From Scyliorhinus canicula (lineage: Eukaryota): a stretch of 64,000 nt of DNA. The position numbers were made by a program, and so were the translations under genes. The notes under the pieces were generated by a model that saw only the letters and a list, made by a program, of their open reading frames with translations, did not search any database and was not told the DNA's origin. Every line of letters begins with the position of its first letter. Position 1 is the first letter of the stretch. The DNA is taken from positions 310,140,335 to 310,204,334 of the forward strand of contig NC_052146.1 in the NCBI RefSeq assembly GCF_902713615.1, in the 5' to 3' direction. This document shows positions 49,641-61,278 of the stretch, in pieces.

Positions 49641-49916
49641 GCAATTCTAATGAAGTACTATCTTCCACTTTCCAATATCCAACACTGTCCAATATCCAGC
49701 CTCAAGAACCATCCGCTACCCTTCATCCCCAGCTCCATACGTCAAAACGTAAGCAATTCCGGGAAGCTCCTCTCATTCGATCAAACAACGGAGTAAAATA
49801 AATCCTTTTTCTTCCATAAGCATCTATCATGAGAATGTAAAACATTTCCAAATAGGGCCTCTCATTGGGCACGTGTTACACAATCACAATTTCTAACATG
49901 TATCTATTTTCCTCAG

Positions 49917-49961
49917 GCATGACAAGCAACCAACTTCAGTCTGTGTACAGTGAGATTAAAG
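49917..49961 (+). CDS. 45-bp phase 1-1 exon, (S)MTSNQLQSVYSEIK, stalk by position
   Basis: Acceptor ctaacatgtatctattttcctcag| and donor AAAG|GTATGT are both strong; in frame between V2 and the TM exon. Confidence 0.7.
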
Positions 49962-50390
49962 GTATGTGTTCAATCACACTGGCACAGAGGTCAGGAAAAA
50001 GCAGGTGAATTCTGTCACTTTTTGTATAAATGGTGAAACTGTGGGAAAGCCTGACTCAAATGGACCCATTTCAGCAACACTGCAGAGAATCGATAGAGAG
50101 CAGGGAGTCCAGTGTGGAATGGACCATTATATCCCCGTGTGGTAATATATTTAATACTGTGTGTAATATATAACAATACACACACACCTTCACTGGTACA
50201 AAAGATAGACCAAAATATCTACAAACAGACACACATTCCCAATGTACATAGACACACAGACACGTGTACACTTAACATATACTGACACACAGATATTCAA
50301 TAACATGTACACACACATTTCCAGCCATGATTCCCAGTGTATAGAGTGGGAATACTGACAATTTTCCTTTCATATCCACTCGGTGTTCAG

Positions 50391-50508
50391 ACCAACTGTA
50401 GCCCCGACTGTCATTCTTCTTGCTGGGTATCAGGATTGTGAAGCCCCTCGGGATAGGTTATTGTGTCCCAGATCCTCTTTAAATGCAAGTTCTATTTGTT
50501 TCCTTTGG
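50391..50508 (+). pseudogene. Possible relic of a C1-set constant-domain exon (strands A-C only): PTVAPTVILL...DRLLC-x13-W
   Basis: An acceptor precedes it and the P-x-V...C...W spacing is C1-like, but the FYP motif is absent, the phase is wrong at the first AG and the domain is truncated. Confidence 0.35.
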
Positions 50509-50535
50509 GCTGAAACATGTGATTTCCTTTCACAG

Positions 50536-50652
50536 TTAATGAAACACCAGCTGATCAAGTTCCGATGCTGATACCTGTCTATGTCATTCTGGCTGCTGGG
50601 CCTGTGCTTATTGGAGGAATTTTAGTCACAATTTGTCTCAAAAAACGATCCG
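50536..50652 (+). CDS. Transmembrane exon: (V)NETPADQVPMLIPVYVILAAGPVLIGGILVTICLKKRS
   Basis: Acceptor gatttcctttcacag|, donor TCCG|GTATGT, 117 bp, phase 1-1; a 25-aa uncharged hydrophobic stretch followed by a KKR stop-transfer. Confidence 0.92.
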
Positions 50653-50877
50653 GTATGTGTGAAAATTCATTCCGTTTGAGTTGATGGTGATGAAATTGGG
50701 CAGAATTCCAGAATGAGGGAATGTTAACTGATTGTGAAGGCTGATGCTGAAATAGAGAATTGGACGCCAATCTTTTATTCAATACTGGATTCATTTACAG
50801 AATGCAACATTGCACAGGCCTGCCTCCCCCCTCACCCACTCCAGTGTCCCATCACTCTCCTCTTGTATTCTTTTCAG

Positions 50878-50903
50878 CATCAAATGAACAATTAACAGAA
50901 TGA
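50878..50903 (+). CDS. Candidate short alternative terminal exon: (A)SNEQLTE*
   Basis: Strong acceptor ctctcctcttgtattcttttcag| 225 bp after the TM donor; the phase-1 frame ends in TGA. Confidence 0.5.
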
Positions 50904-50929
50904 ATGAATGGACAAACCCTCAAACGAGC

Positions 50930-51745
50930 ACTGTCAGGATATTGTCACAGAACCAGGACATAAGGAAACTACACAGAGACAGAGATAGGTTCAGTGACTG
51001 GACAAAGATCCAGCAAATGGAGCACAATGTGGGCAAATGTGAAATTCTTCATTTTGGCAGGAAGAATAAAAAAGAAGCTTATTATCTAAATGGTGAGAGA
51101 TTGCAGAGCTCTGAGTTACAGAGGGATCTGGGTGTCCTAGTGCATGAATCACAAAATGCTGGTAGTGTACAGACACAGCAAGTAATTAGGAAAGTTAATA
51201 GAATGTTACTGTTTACTGTGAGGGGGAATTGATTACAAAAGTAGGGAGGTTATGATTCAGTTGTACAGGGCATTGGTGAGACCACATCTGGAGTATTGTG
51301 TCCAGTGTTGGTCTCCTTATTGAAGGAAAGATGTAAATGTGTTGGAACCAGTTGAGTGAAGGTTTACTAGACTAATCCCAGGAATGAGCGGGTTGTCTTA
51401 TGAGGAAAGGTTGGAGAGGTTGGGTTTGTATCGACTGGAGTAAGAGTGAGAGGCGACTCAATCGAAACCTTTCAGATCCAGAGCGGTCTTGACAGGGTGG
51501 ATGTGAAGAGTAATTGTGGGAAAGGTGATCGGGGATCAGCAGGAGAAAGGTTATCGGGGTCGGCAGGAGAAAGGTTATCAGGGGTCAGTAAGCGAAAGGT
51601 TAGCGGGGTCAGCAGGAGAAAGGTTATTGGGGGTCGGCAGGTGAAAGGTTATCGGGGGTCGGCAGGAATGTGCGGTTGAGGTTACGATCGGATCAGCCAT
51701 GATATTATTGAATATTGGAGCAGGCTCGAGGGGCTGAGTGGCCTC
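50930..51745 (+). mobile_element. CR1 LINE 3' fragment with an internal 19-20-bp tandem repeat (about 51530-51665)
   Basis: QQMEHNVGKCEILHFGRKNKKEAYYLNGERLQ; repeats of ggggtcggcaggagaaaggttatc. Confidence 0.85.
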
Positions 51746-51811
51746 CTCCGAATTTACAGGTTGAAATGTTTGTGTGTACAGAGGAAGTTTATGCAATTAA
51801 AGTAAAATATC

Positions 51812-52064
51812 TGTAATGTTCTTGTCAGATGGCCTGATTATATGTCAAGGTCACTTGGACCTAAAGCTACAAACGATTTATTAACATTAATTCTGGGTCA
51901 CTATGTACAAAACAAATGACTAACATTCTGATCATGCACAAGCAACCTCTCTCTTCCAGCTCTCCAGTCAGTCTGAGGTCACCTGACTCTAACATTTACT
52001 TATACACTAATGAGACTCCTAGTGGTCAGTCGGTGAATTACAACACAGCCATGATATCACCACA
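51812..52064 (-). mobile_element. Solo LTR with a 5-bp TSD ATATC
   Basis: Minus strand starts TGTGGTGATAT and ends CA; ATATC at 51807-51811 and 52065-52069. Confidence 0.88.
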
Positions 52065-52250
52065 ATATCTACTCTGAGGGTGCTTTTTTAAAAGAAGCCA
52101 TGAGGCTTGGAGTGGTTGGAAAACCACCTTATTTAAACTCATCTGCAAAGTCAGGCCTGCCTGTTTTATTGAGCAGCAATCACACTTGGCCTGAGGTCTC
52201 TCAGCGGTTGCTTGTCTCTGCTCTTTACTGGCTTGATGGAGTGTTTTTAT

Positions 52251-53137
52251 TGTGCAATGCAACAGGGTTTAGAGAACACCAAAGTATATAATTGAGTTCA
52301 CCTGACATAGAACATTGAACAGTGCAGCACAGAACAGGCCCTTCGGCCCTCGATGTTGTGCCGAGCAATGATCACCCCACTCAAACCCACGTATCAATCC
52401 TATACCCGTAACCCAACAACCCCCCCTTAACCTTACTTTTTAGGACACTACGGGCAATTTAGCATGGCCAATCCACCTAACCCACACATCTTTGGACTGT
52501 GGGAGGAAACCGGAGCACCCGGAGGAAACCCACGCACACACGGGGAGGACGTGCAGACTCCGCACAGACAGTGACCCAGCCGGGAATCGAACCTGGGACC
52601 CTGGAGCTGTGAAGCATTTATGCTAACCACCATGCTACCGTGCCCTACAACTTTTAATAGATTTTGGTTATGGGTAACACAAGGGCCCACTCGACAGGTG
52701 TGACGCAACAGAGAGCTTCAGTATTTTTAAACAAAATAATGTTTATTCTCTGAATACAGTTAACATTTTATAAACACACATTGAACATCTTATCAACTAC
52801 GAACAAAAATACCCCAGCAAAGATACAGTACTCTGTAGTTAACACTTAATAACTTTACTAACAGAATCCATGAGCCAAACTCGCTTTTTCTTCCAAAGAG
52901 TAGGTTTGAATTCCTTACAGAAAACAGGTATTACTTTGAAGTTATCAAGTGGTCTGGAGACATTCTGTAGCATGCAGAGAGAGAGAGACCAAAAATACAC
53001 CATCTTTGTTTGAATGCAGCTCCCAACTGAAAACAAAACCAAAAAACTCAGAGCCACAGCCCAGCTCCACCCACACAATGACATCACTGCAGCTATTTGA
53101 TAAAACACCTTTATCTTAAAGGGACCCTCACAATACA
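52251..53137. mobile_element. Gmr1-family LTR interrupted by an HE1 SINE (52306-52645, - strand)
   Basis: Homologous to 23171 and 37184; ends cttaaagggaccctcacaataca. Confidence 0.85.
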
Positions 53138-53139
53138 AT

Positions 53140-54080
53140 TGCTGCCTGCAGATTGGTGTACTTGGTCTCTCGGCATGTCACCGTGTTCTCAGTTTCATCT
53201 CTGGCCAAGACAGCACGTTGGGCGTTTTGGTCGGTTTTCTCCCATTGGGTCTGGCAACTACCCAGATGTACTAAGCTCCCTGATTGGCCCATGTTAATTC
53301 ACCTATTTCTCTGTCCTTGTCTGCTTTAGTTTGCTGCATCCTCTCCTGCTGCTGTTCTTTTAGTCTCTTTATCTCCTCCTCTTGTCCCTCCTTTAACTTC
53401 CTCACCTCTTCCTCCCTTTCCTCTTTTAGCTTCTTTATTTCTTTCTCCTTTTCCTCCTCCAGCTTTTTCATGTCTTCCTCCTTTTTCTCTTTTAAATTCC
53501 TGATCTCTTCCTCCTGTTCTTTCTGGAGGTTTCTCATTTCTTCCTCCTTCTCCTCCTGCAACTGATTTGATTTTCTAATTGCTCACGAACGGTTTTTAAA
53601 TCCCGTTCAGTTCCTACTAACTGCGCTAAGCAGCAGACGATGGCCATCGCCTTCTTGTATTTGGCTGCTCCCTTTCACTGAGCCTTCGTCAAATCATCCC
53701 AGTGCTTCTGTCCTAAGGCTCCGGGACCTGTCTCGGTATTTGAACAAAATTCTGGGGCCACCCTTTGTTCTTTATGTCCTCTCGTATTTTCTCTTCCCGT
53801 ATGGGACAATTCTCTACCTGAGCGCTATCTCCTGTCATTCTCAAGGACAAGGGGTAGGGAGTGGATCGGACTGCGGGTACGGCTTTGAGACTATGTTCCG
53901 GTCCTAATCCCTCCGAGTTCTAATGTTAACTGACTAGTTTACCCTGTCCTCTCAGTAAGTAACACATGCAATTAATACCAATTTCCCGAGAAACATCAGC
54001 TATTTGTCCGATACGGAGTACACACCTTTGGGTTTTGCGTTTTAAATAAGATTTCAATATAGACCTTCCACTGGCTTTGA
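53140..54080 (-). mobile_element. Probable ERV/LTR-retroelement leader and gag-like fragment with an E/K-rich coiled coil
   Basis: Minus strand reads DIKNKGWP...KKAMAIVCCLAQLVG, then the repeated EEE(I/M)(R/K)xL(K/Q)E ORF at 53271-53561; family assignment is from recall only. Confidence 0.45.
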
Positions 54081-54639
54081 TTGACTTGAAGTCCTGTCCA
54101 TCACGTGGGGCGTCTGCTGTCTTAATTCAGGCTCAGACTAAATTTACAGGAATATTAGATTTTGTTGCAATCGATATCGGAGCCACAAAGTTATTCCTTG
54201 TCAATATCCCACCAGAGTCGCCAGTTCTGTTGCTAACGCAGTGTGTCTTTAACCCACTTATGGTGGACAATGACTGCGAGTCAACTTGTTAAATCAAATA
54301 GTCTTTATTCACATTCACACACTGCCACAGTTAATCAATCACATCATGAACACAAGTTATTCTAAAGAACAGAAGTACTAAAAGTTCATACTAGACCTTA
54401 ACTTAACTTCAGAGTGACTAGCAAGTAGCAAACAGATATTGTCCTTTATCTGTGTGCTGCCTCCTGGAATCCTGGATGTTCGGTCCTGGGTCTGGTCTGA
54501 TGCTCTGTCTCGGCTCTTCTTTCCATTCTGTGCCCTTTTGGATGGTCTCTGGGTCATTGCCAATCAATTGTTCATGGTTCGATCACCCTAACTGGTTAAG
54601 TCCAATCAGGGGCTGTCTCACTGATTTCGGGGGTGAGCA

Positions 54640-55660
54640 CTGATCGGCCATGCCTGCAGGTGCTGGGGGCACGTAGGCCTTTCCAAATAAGGAGTGTAGG
54701 TGCCGCTGTTTCCGGTAAACAAGCGGGATTGACTGGGCAGTTCTACTGTCCCCGGGATGGCCTGAAGATGGCCTATTTCCTGTGCATTGCGATGTCTAGG
54801 CTGCAGCTTTCTCATCAATGTTTATTTAAACTGCAGCCAGCTTGTCCTTATACTTGGCCAATTCTCCCAGCATCCTTTGCCATTTTTGGTGGCCATTCAG
54901 CCTCACATCTCTCCACCAAGGGTGAAGTTTGGAACGCACTTTGAGAAATCCAATTGATGCGAGATCAATTATTAACTTTAAATCTGAGATGAAGGGTGTG
55001 ATCGATCAGCCACATCGCGCCCAGCCGGGAGCGTCAGGTGGCCGGTAGATGTCGGCTGAGGCCTCCCTAGGGCTTACCAGCTGCCACTACGCCTCGTGGG
55101 ATCTACACAAGTCCTGTGAGGTGGCGCGACCAGAATCTCTCCCACAATGTGCAGGTTTAAGTCAGTTTGAAACTGACTTGACAGTCCTCACCCGTGATCT
55201 CCCGGCCTCTCAGGATCTACTGGTCTCCCCAGGGAGGCCTTAGCCGGGCACCAATCGGTACTGATTCGGTACAAACGCGGACCAGGTGGAATGCATCCAG
55301 CGGGAGGGGGGCCAAGGGCTCCTTGACCATTGGAGATCCCTGGGTGGCCAGGAATAGTGCAGGGTGGCCCCCTGGCCCTTCCCCTGGAATGTGGGCACCT
55401 TGGGACTGACTGATTGGCACCTTATCTCTGCCAAGCTGGCACTGTCAAGGTGCTCGGGTGGCAAAGACAAGCCGGCAGGAGCACTCCCAGGGTGCCCGGG
55501 TGGCACTGCCCAGGGTCAGGGGCTGAGTGGGGCCATGCCCATGAAAGAAGGCTGGAGGGGGGATATGAAGGGTGTGATGCCGGCCTCATCGCCGGGAAAC
55601 CCATGCGCCAGCGTGGGACTGGAATATCCCGGCGGTGTGACCAGCCGGTAAATCCCACCC
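54640..55660. mobile_element. GC-rich MITE-like DNA element
   Basis: Right end CCGGTAAATCCCACCC resembles the 48836-49016 terminus; left end unresolved. Confidence 0.5.
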
Positions 55661-55937
55661 TAAATCTGGTTAGATAGCGGTGGGGAACTCACTGACAGAG
55701 CCAGGGAGAAACTCCCACCAAAACCCACCACAAATCACACTGAGAAACATTCCGTTAGATCGTGCCTCAGAGATTTCTGTGATCCAATGGATGTGGTGAA
55801 TAGTCAGAGATATGGAGTTAGGTGACAGATAAACCATGATCTCATTAAATGGGTGGAATGGGCAGAAGGGGCAGAATGGCCTCCTCCTGTTCCCATCAGG
55901 CTGATGTTCCAATCATTTTTCTAACCTTTGCTTTCAG

Positions 55938-55955
55938 AAGTGTTTAACATTCAGG
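55938..55955 (+). CDS. Candidate 18-bp cytoplasmic micro-exon (E)VFNIQ
   Basis: Acceptor ctaacctttgctttcag| and donor CAGG|GTAATG, phase 1-1; the following intron would be only 59 nt. Confidence 0.35.
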
Positions 55956-56014
55956 GTAATGTTGTCAACAATATAACACTGGTTTCATGGTGATTTTGAC
56001 CATTTATTTCACAG

Positions 56015-56088
56015 CTTCATCAGGGAGAGCTGGTGATCAGAGCCAGGCTGCAGGTGACAGAAACCCTCGTTGGACAGGATCCCGATGG
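56015..56088 (+). CDS. Cytoplasmic exon (A)SSGRAGDQSQAAGDRNPRWTGSRW, phase 1 to 0
   Basis: Acceptor catttatttcacag|, donor ATGG|GTGAGA. It supplies the phase change needed between the TM exon (phase 1) and the 42-nt exons (phase 0). An alternative internal donor CAG|GTGACA exists. Confidence 0.55.
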
Positions 56089-56511
56089 GTGAGATTGGCT
56101 GTTTCTTACTGTCTGTCTTTGTGTAACAGCAAAGGGCCCACCGGGGGAGCTGGTGTCAATGTCAGTTTGTGATTTCAGATCCATTTCTTCTGCACACACC
56201 AACATTGCATTTTCTCAATGAATACAATCCATGTGATTGGACCATCACTCAGTGACATACAGAGAGAGAGCAGGAGATCTGAGCCCAACTATCTCCATAT
56301 TCCTCGGCAACACGCATTGGGAGGGATTGGGAACAGGTTGGAAAGACTCATCTGTAATTCTTTCTTCTGGTGGGCAGTGCCGGACCTCTGCGTCTCTCAG
56401 GGAACTCTACTGCCACCCACAATGCATCCTCAGTATAGGGAAGGCTCTCTCCCTCCCATTGTATCCCAGCGGGAATTGGGAATGTGTGAAAGGGAAATGA
56501 GGGCCGCATGT

Positions 56512-56700
56512 GGGCGGCACGGCAGCACAGTGGTTAGCACTGTTGCCTCACAGGAACCCCGGTTCGATTTCTAGCTTAGGTCACTGTATGTGTGGAGTCT
56601 GCACGTTCTCCCTGTGTCTGCGTGGGTTTCCATCGGGTGCTCCGGTTTCCTCCCACAAGTCCCAAAAGACGTGCTTTTTAGGTGAATTGGACATTCTGAA
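56512..56700 (+). mobile_element. HE1-type SINE, 5' part
   Basis: gggcggcacggcagcacagtggttagcactg head. Confidence 0.85.
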
Positions 56701-56782
56701 CGGACAGGGTAGGTACAGGAGAAATTGTTCCCACTCAAACGTACATCAAGAACTAGAGGGCACACATTCACAATAATGAGCA

Positions 56783-57026
56783 TGTGGTGATATAACCACT
56801 GTAGATATGCATACTTGCAGTAGGGGGATGTATGGCTGTACCTGTAATACAGGTTCCTCGGTAAGCCCCTGCCGGATAGCTCCGCCCACAGGGAGCTTGT
56901 GTATAAATATGTGTGTGAGCCACTGAGATCCTATTCTACAACTGCCGCAGGAGGAATAGCATCACACAGCAATACAGCCTCGATTGTACATGTCTCGAGT
57001 CTTTGTGTGCAATTGTTAGCGCCCCA
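56783..57026 (+). mobile_element. Solo LTR with a 5-bp TSD GAGCA
   Basis: TG...CA termini; the empty site aataatgagcaaaagg is present in copy 2. Confidence 0.92.
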
Positions 57027-57442
57027 GAGCAAAAGGAGAAGAAGTGAGCAAGAGGTTGAATGAACTTCCTGTGAGGGTGGTGGAGGGAGGTGAAATCGAG
57101 ATATTCAAAAGGGAATTGGATTGTTATCTGGAAAGTGAGAATGTGCAAGGTTCCGGGGATAAGGCAGGGGTGTGGGTCTCAGTCTAATGTTCTTCCAGAG
57201 GGCCAGTACAGACCTGATGGGCCGAGGGGCCTCTTTCTGCACTGGAAAGATTGTGTGAAAGATTCTGAGTGTAATGTACTTTACCTCCTGCTGAATTCAA
57301 CTGTGTCAGAAATCGGGCACCGTCATGGAAATATAAACCTTTCCAGACTATAATTCCTGACACGTTATAATCAGGTTTTAGTAAATTCTCCTTTTCACAA
57401 CAGCTGCTAAACCCAATCTTCACTATTTACATTTTGTTTCAG

Positions 57443-57484
57443 AATTCGGAAGATTCTCCAGCAGATTCTGACCCAACGTACACG
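57443..57484 (+). CDS. 42-bp phase 0-0 cytoplasmic Tyr exon NSEDSPADSDPTYT
   Basis: Acceptor ttacattttgtttcag|, donor CACG|GTAAAT; splice sites conserved in the duplicate. Confidence 0.75.
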
Positions 57485-57599
57485 GTAAATATCTCTCCCT
57501 GCAACAAACAAGGATATGTCTGGTGATCAACATTCACCACATGATCAAAGTTTCCTCTTTCTGGGATCTGATTGGTCCCAAGTATTGTATTGACGGTGT

Positions 57600-59930
57600 T
57601 GTGTTCTTTGTATTGTTCTTCAGGATGGTGAAGGAAAATCCCAAGGTGTTTTCAACATATGTAAAGAGCAAGAGGGTAGCCAGAGAAAGGGTTGGTCCAT
57701 TCAATGATATTGGAGGGAATCTATGTATGGAACCAGAGGACATAGGAGAGATACTAAATTAATACTTTCCTTCAGTATTCACAAAGAGAAGGATTTGGGG
57801 AATGAGAAGTATTGGGAAGTGAGTGTAGATATTCTGAGTAATGTTGATGTTAATAAAGAGGAGGTGTTGGGCATCTTAAAAAGCATTAAAGTAGATAAGT
57901 CTCCAAGGCCTGATGGGATCTACCCCAGAATACTGAGGGAGGCAAGGGAGCAAATTGCTGGGATCTTGACAGTAATCCTTGTATACAGGGCAGCATGGTA
58001 GCATAGTGGTTAGCAAAATTGCTTCATAGCTCGAAGGTCCCAGGTTCGATTCCCAGGTTGGGTCACTGTCTTTGCGGAGTCTGCATGTTCTCCCCATGTC
58101 TGCGTGGGTTTCATCCGGGTGCTCCGGTTTCCTCGCACAGTCCAAAGATGTGCAGGTTAGGCAGTTTGGCCATGCAAAATTTCCCTTAGACTCCAAAATT
58201 GCCCTTTGTATTGGGTGGGGTTACTGGATTGTGTGGATGGAGGGGAGGTGTGTAGTTGGGTCGGATGCTCTTTCCAAAAGCAGGTGCAAACTCGATGGGC
58301 CGAGTGGCCTCCTTATGCACTGTAAATTCTATGAAACCCTCATTGGCTACAGGTGAAGTTCCAGAGGACAGGAGAGTAGCCAACGTTGTTCTGTTGTTTA
58401 AGAAGGGTAGCAGGGATAATCCAGGAAATTATAGGCCAGTGAGTTTTACGCCAGTGGTTGGGAAATTATTGGAAAAGATTTTTAGAGATTGGATTTACTC
58501 ACATTTGGAAACAAATGGATGTATTAATGATGGACAGCATGGATTTGTGAGGGGGAAGTCATGCCTCACTAACTTGATTGAGTTTTTCAAGGAAGTGACA
58601 AAGATGGTAGATAAGGGAACGGCAGTAGATGTTGGATACATGGACTGCAGTAAAGCCTTTGACGAGGTACCTCATGGTAGACTGGTACAAAAGGTGAAGT
58701 CACATGGGATCAGAGGAGAGCTGGCAAGTTGGATACAGAAATGATTTGGGCTCAGAAGACGGAGGGTCGCAGTAGAAGGTGTTTTTCTGAATGGAAGGCT
58801 GTGACTAGCAGCGTTCCACAGGGATCAGTTCTGGGGCCTTTGTTGTTTGTGGTGTATATAAATGATCAGGAAGAAAATGTAGCTGGTCTGATCAGTAAGT
58901 TTGCAGATGACACAAAAATTGGTGGAGTTGCGGATAGTGAAGAGGATTGTCAGAGGATACAGCAGGATAGAAACTGGTTGGAGTCTTGGGCGGAGAAATG
59001 GCAGATGGAGTTTAACCTGGGTGAGTGTGCGGTAATGAAATGAAATGAAAATCGCTTATTGTCACGAGTCGGCTTCAATGAAGTTACTGTGAAAAGCCCC
59101 TAGTCGCCACATTCCGGCGTCTGTCCGGGGAGGCTGGTACGGGAATGCACTTTGGAAGGTCAAATGCATGTAGGAATTACACAATAAATGATTGAACCCT
59201 TGCGAGTACTGACAGGCAGAGAGATCTGGGCGGCATGTCCACCGATCAGTGAAAATGGCAACGCATGTGGATAAGGTGGTCAAGAAGTCTTACGGCATGC
59301 TGGCCTTCATCGGTCGGGGCATTGAATATAAAAAATGGAAAATGATGTTGCAGCTGTATAGGACCTCAGTTAGGCCTCATTTGGAATATTGTGGACAATT
59401 CTGGTCGCCACACTGTCATAAGGATGTGGATGCTTTGGAGTGGGTACAGAAGCGGTTTACTAGGATGTTGCCTGGTATGGAGGGCATTAGCTATGAGGAG
59501 AGGTTAGATAAACTCAGTCTGTTCTCACTGGAATGATGGAGGTTGAGAGGCGACCTGATAGAGGTCTACAAGATTATGAGTGGCATGGACAGTGTGGATA
59601 GTCAGATGCTCTTTCCTAGGGTAGGAGAGTCAGGTACTAGGGGACATAGGTTTAAAATACGTGGAAAAAAGTTTCGAACAGATGTGCGAGGCAGGTTTTA
59701 TACACAGAGGGTGGTAAATATATGGAAAGCGCTGCCTGGGGAGGTGATGGGAGCAGCTACAATAGCGGCATTTAAGGGGAATCTGGAGAAATATATGAAT
59801 AGGGTGGGAATGGAAGGATACAAACTCCGTATGTGCATGCAGTTTTAGTTGAGGCAGCTGCCATGGTCGGCACAGGCTTGGAGGGCCGAAGGGCCTGTTC
59901 CTCTGCTGTTTTGTTCTTTGTTCTTCTTTG
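57600..59930 (+). mobile_element. CR1 LINE ORF2-3' portion with HE1 (57988-58330) and SINE (59037-59145) insertions
   Basis: GNYRPVSFTPVVGK; DCSKAFDEVPHG; VPQGSVLGPLLFVVYIND; KFADDT. Confidence 0.92.
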
Positions 59931-59968
59931 TTGTTTGAAGGCTGTGGTGTTGACAAAGAACAGCCAGC

Positions 59969-60169
59969 CCAAAGATGTGCAGGTTAGGTGGATTGGCCAT
60001 GCTAAATTGCCCATAGTGTCCTGAAAAGTAAGGTTAGGGGGGGGTTGTTAGGTTACGGGTATAGGGTAGATACATGGATTTGAGTAGGGTGATCATTGCT
60101 CGGCACAACATCGAGGGCCGAAGGGCCTGTTCTGTGCTGTACTGTTCTATGTTCTATGTTCCATGTTCT
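59969..60169 (+). mobile_element. HE1 SINE, 3' half
   Basis: (CTATGTT)n tail. Confidence 0.85.
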
Positions 60170-60499
60170 ATAAAGCTAATTTATTACACTACACATAATG
60201 AGATTCAAACATTTGCTGAGGAATTAGAGAAGTAAAGAATACACTACAAGACTAAACTGTGCTATCAGCTAAACTAATCTCACATCTACCACGACTGACT
60301 TCCTTCCACACTCTCTCACTTTATCTCTGAAGTCAAGGAGGAATGTGGTATTTATATGGTTGCTCTAAACCTCCATCTAGTGACGAGAGTCGGAACATTC
60401 CATTGACCCTTGATATTCATTACAAAATCCACATATTGTGACAATAAAGGCAAGTATACCAGAAGCCTTCTTAACCACAGTATCCACCTACACTGCTAC

Positions 60500-61270
60500 A
60501 TTAAGGGATGGGTGTACATGCACACCAAAATTCCTCTGAAACTCGGTGCTTACCAGGGTCCTGCCATTTACCAAGATCCCTCTCTTGTAAGTCCTTCAAC
60601 ATTTATCAAAGTCCTTCTACCTGGAGAATTATCTACTTTAGAGCCTGCCACACCACTCAGAACCTCCCTGTCTGGAGTTAACTCTTTAATTCTATTACAC
60701 TCCTTCTCCCTGATTTCTATACCCACAAGAAACATCCTTCCTCAGATACGGACACCAAAACTGCAGACAATACTCCAGGTATGGCCTCACCAATTCCCCA
60801 GTACAATTCCAGTAAAACATCTCTATTCCTGTATTTAAATCCTCTGGCTATGAAGGCCAGCCGACCATTTGCCTTCTTTACTGCCGGCTGTACCTGCGCG
60901 CTTACTTTCAGCGACTGATGCACGAGGACACCCAGGTCTCGCTGATTATCCACCTTTCCCAATTTATATCCACTCAAATTATATTTCCCTTCCTGTTTTT
61001 GCGACTGAAGTGGATAACCTCACATTTATCCACATTATACTGCATCTGCCATGCATGTGCCCACTCACTCAGCCTGTCCAAATCCTGCTGAAGCATCTCT
61101 GCATCCTCCTCACAGCTCACCCTCCCACTCAACTTTGTGTCATCTATAAATATGGAGGTGATACATTTCAAAGAACAAAGAACAGTACAGCACAGGAACA
61201 GGCCCTTCGGCCCTCCAAGCCCGTGCCGACCATGGTGTCCGACTAAACTAAAATCTTCTACACTTCCTGG
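60500..61270 (-). mobile_element. CR1 fragments and a HER1-like tail
   Basis: IDDTKLSGRVSCEEDAEMLQQDLDRLSEWAHAWQMQYNVDKC. Confidence 0.85.
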
Positions 61271-61278
61271 GTTATTTC

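Larger units (their letters stand above)
56713..57561 (+). repeat. Copy 1 of a 600-bp segmental duplication (plus a 249-bp LTR+TSD insert)
   Basis: Near-identical to 61279-61878. Confidence 0.95.

Noticed and set aside
53271-53561. E/K-rich coiled-coil ORF as a host gene
   Set aside because: Embedded in retroelement-like sequence, with no splice structure.
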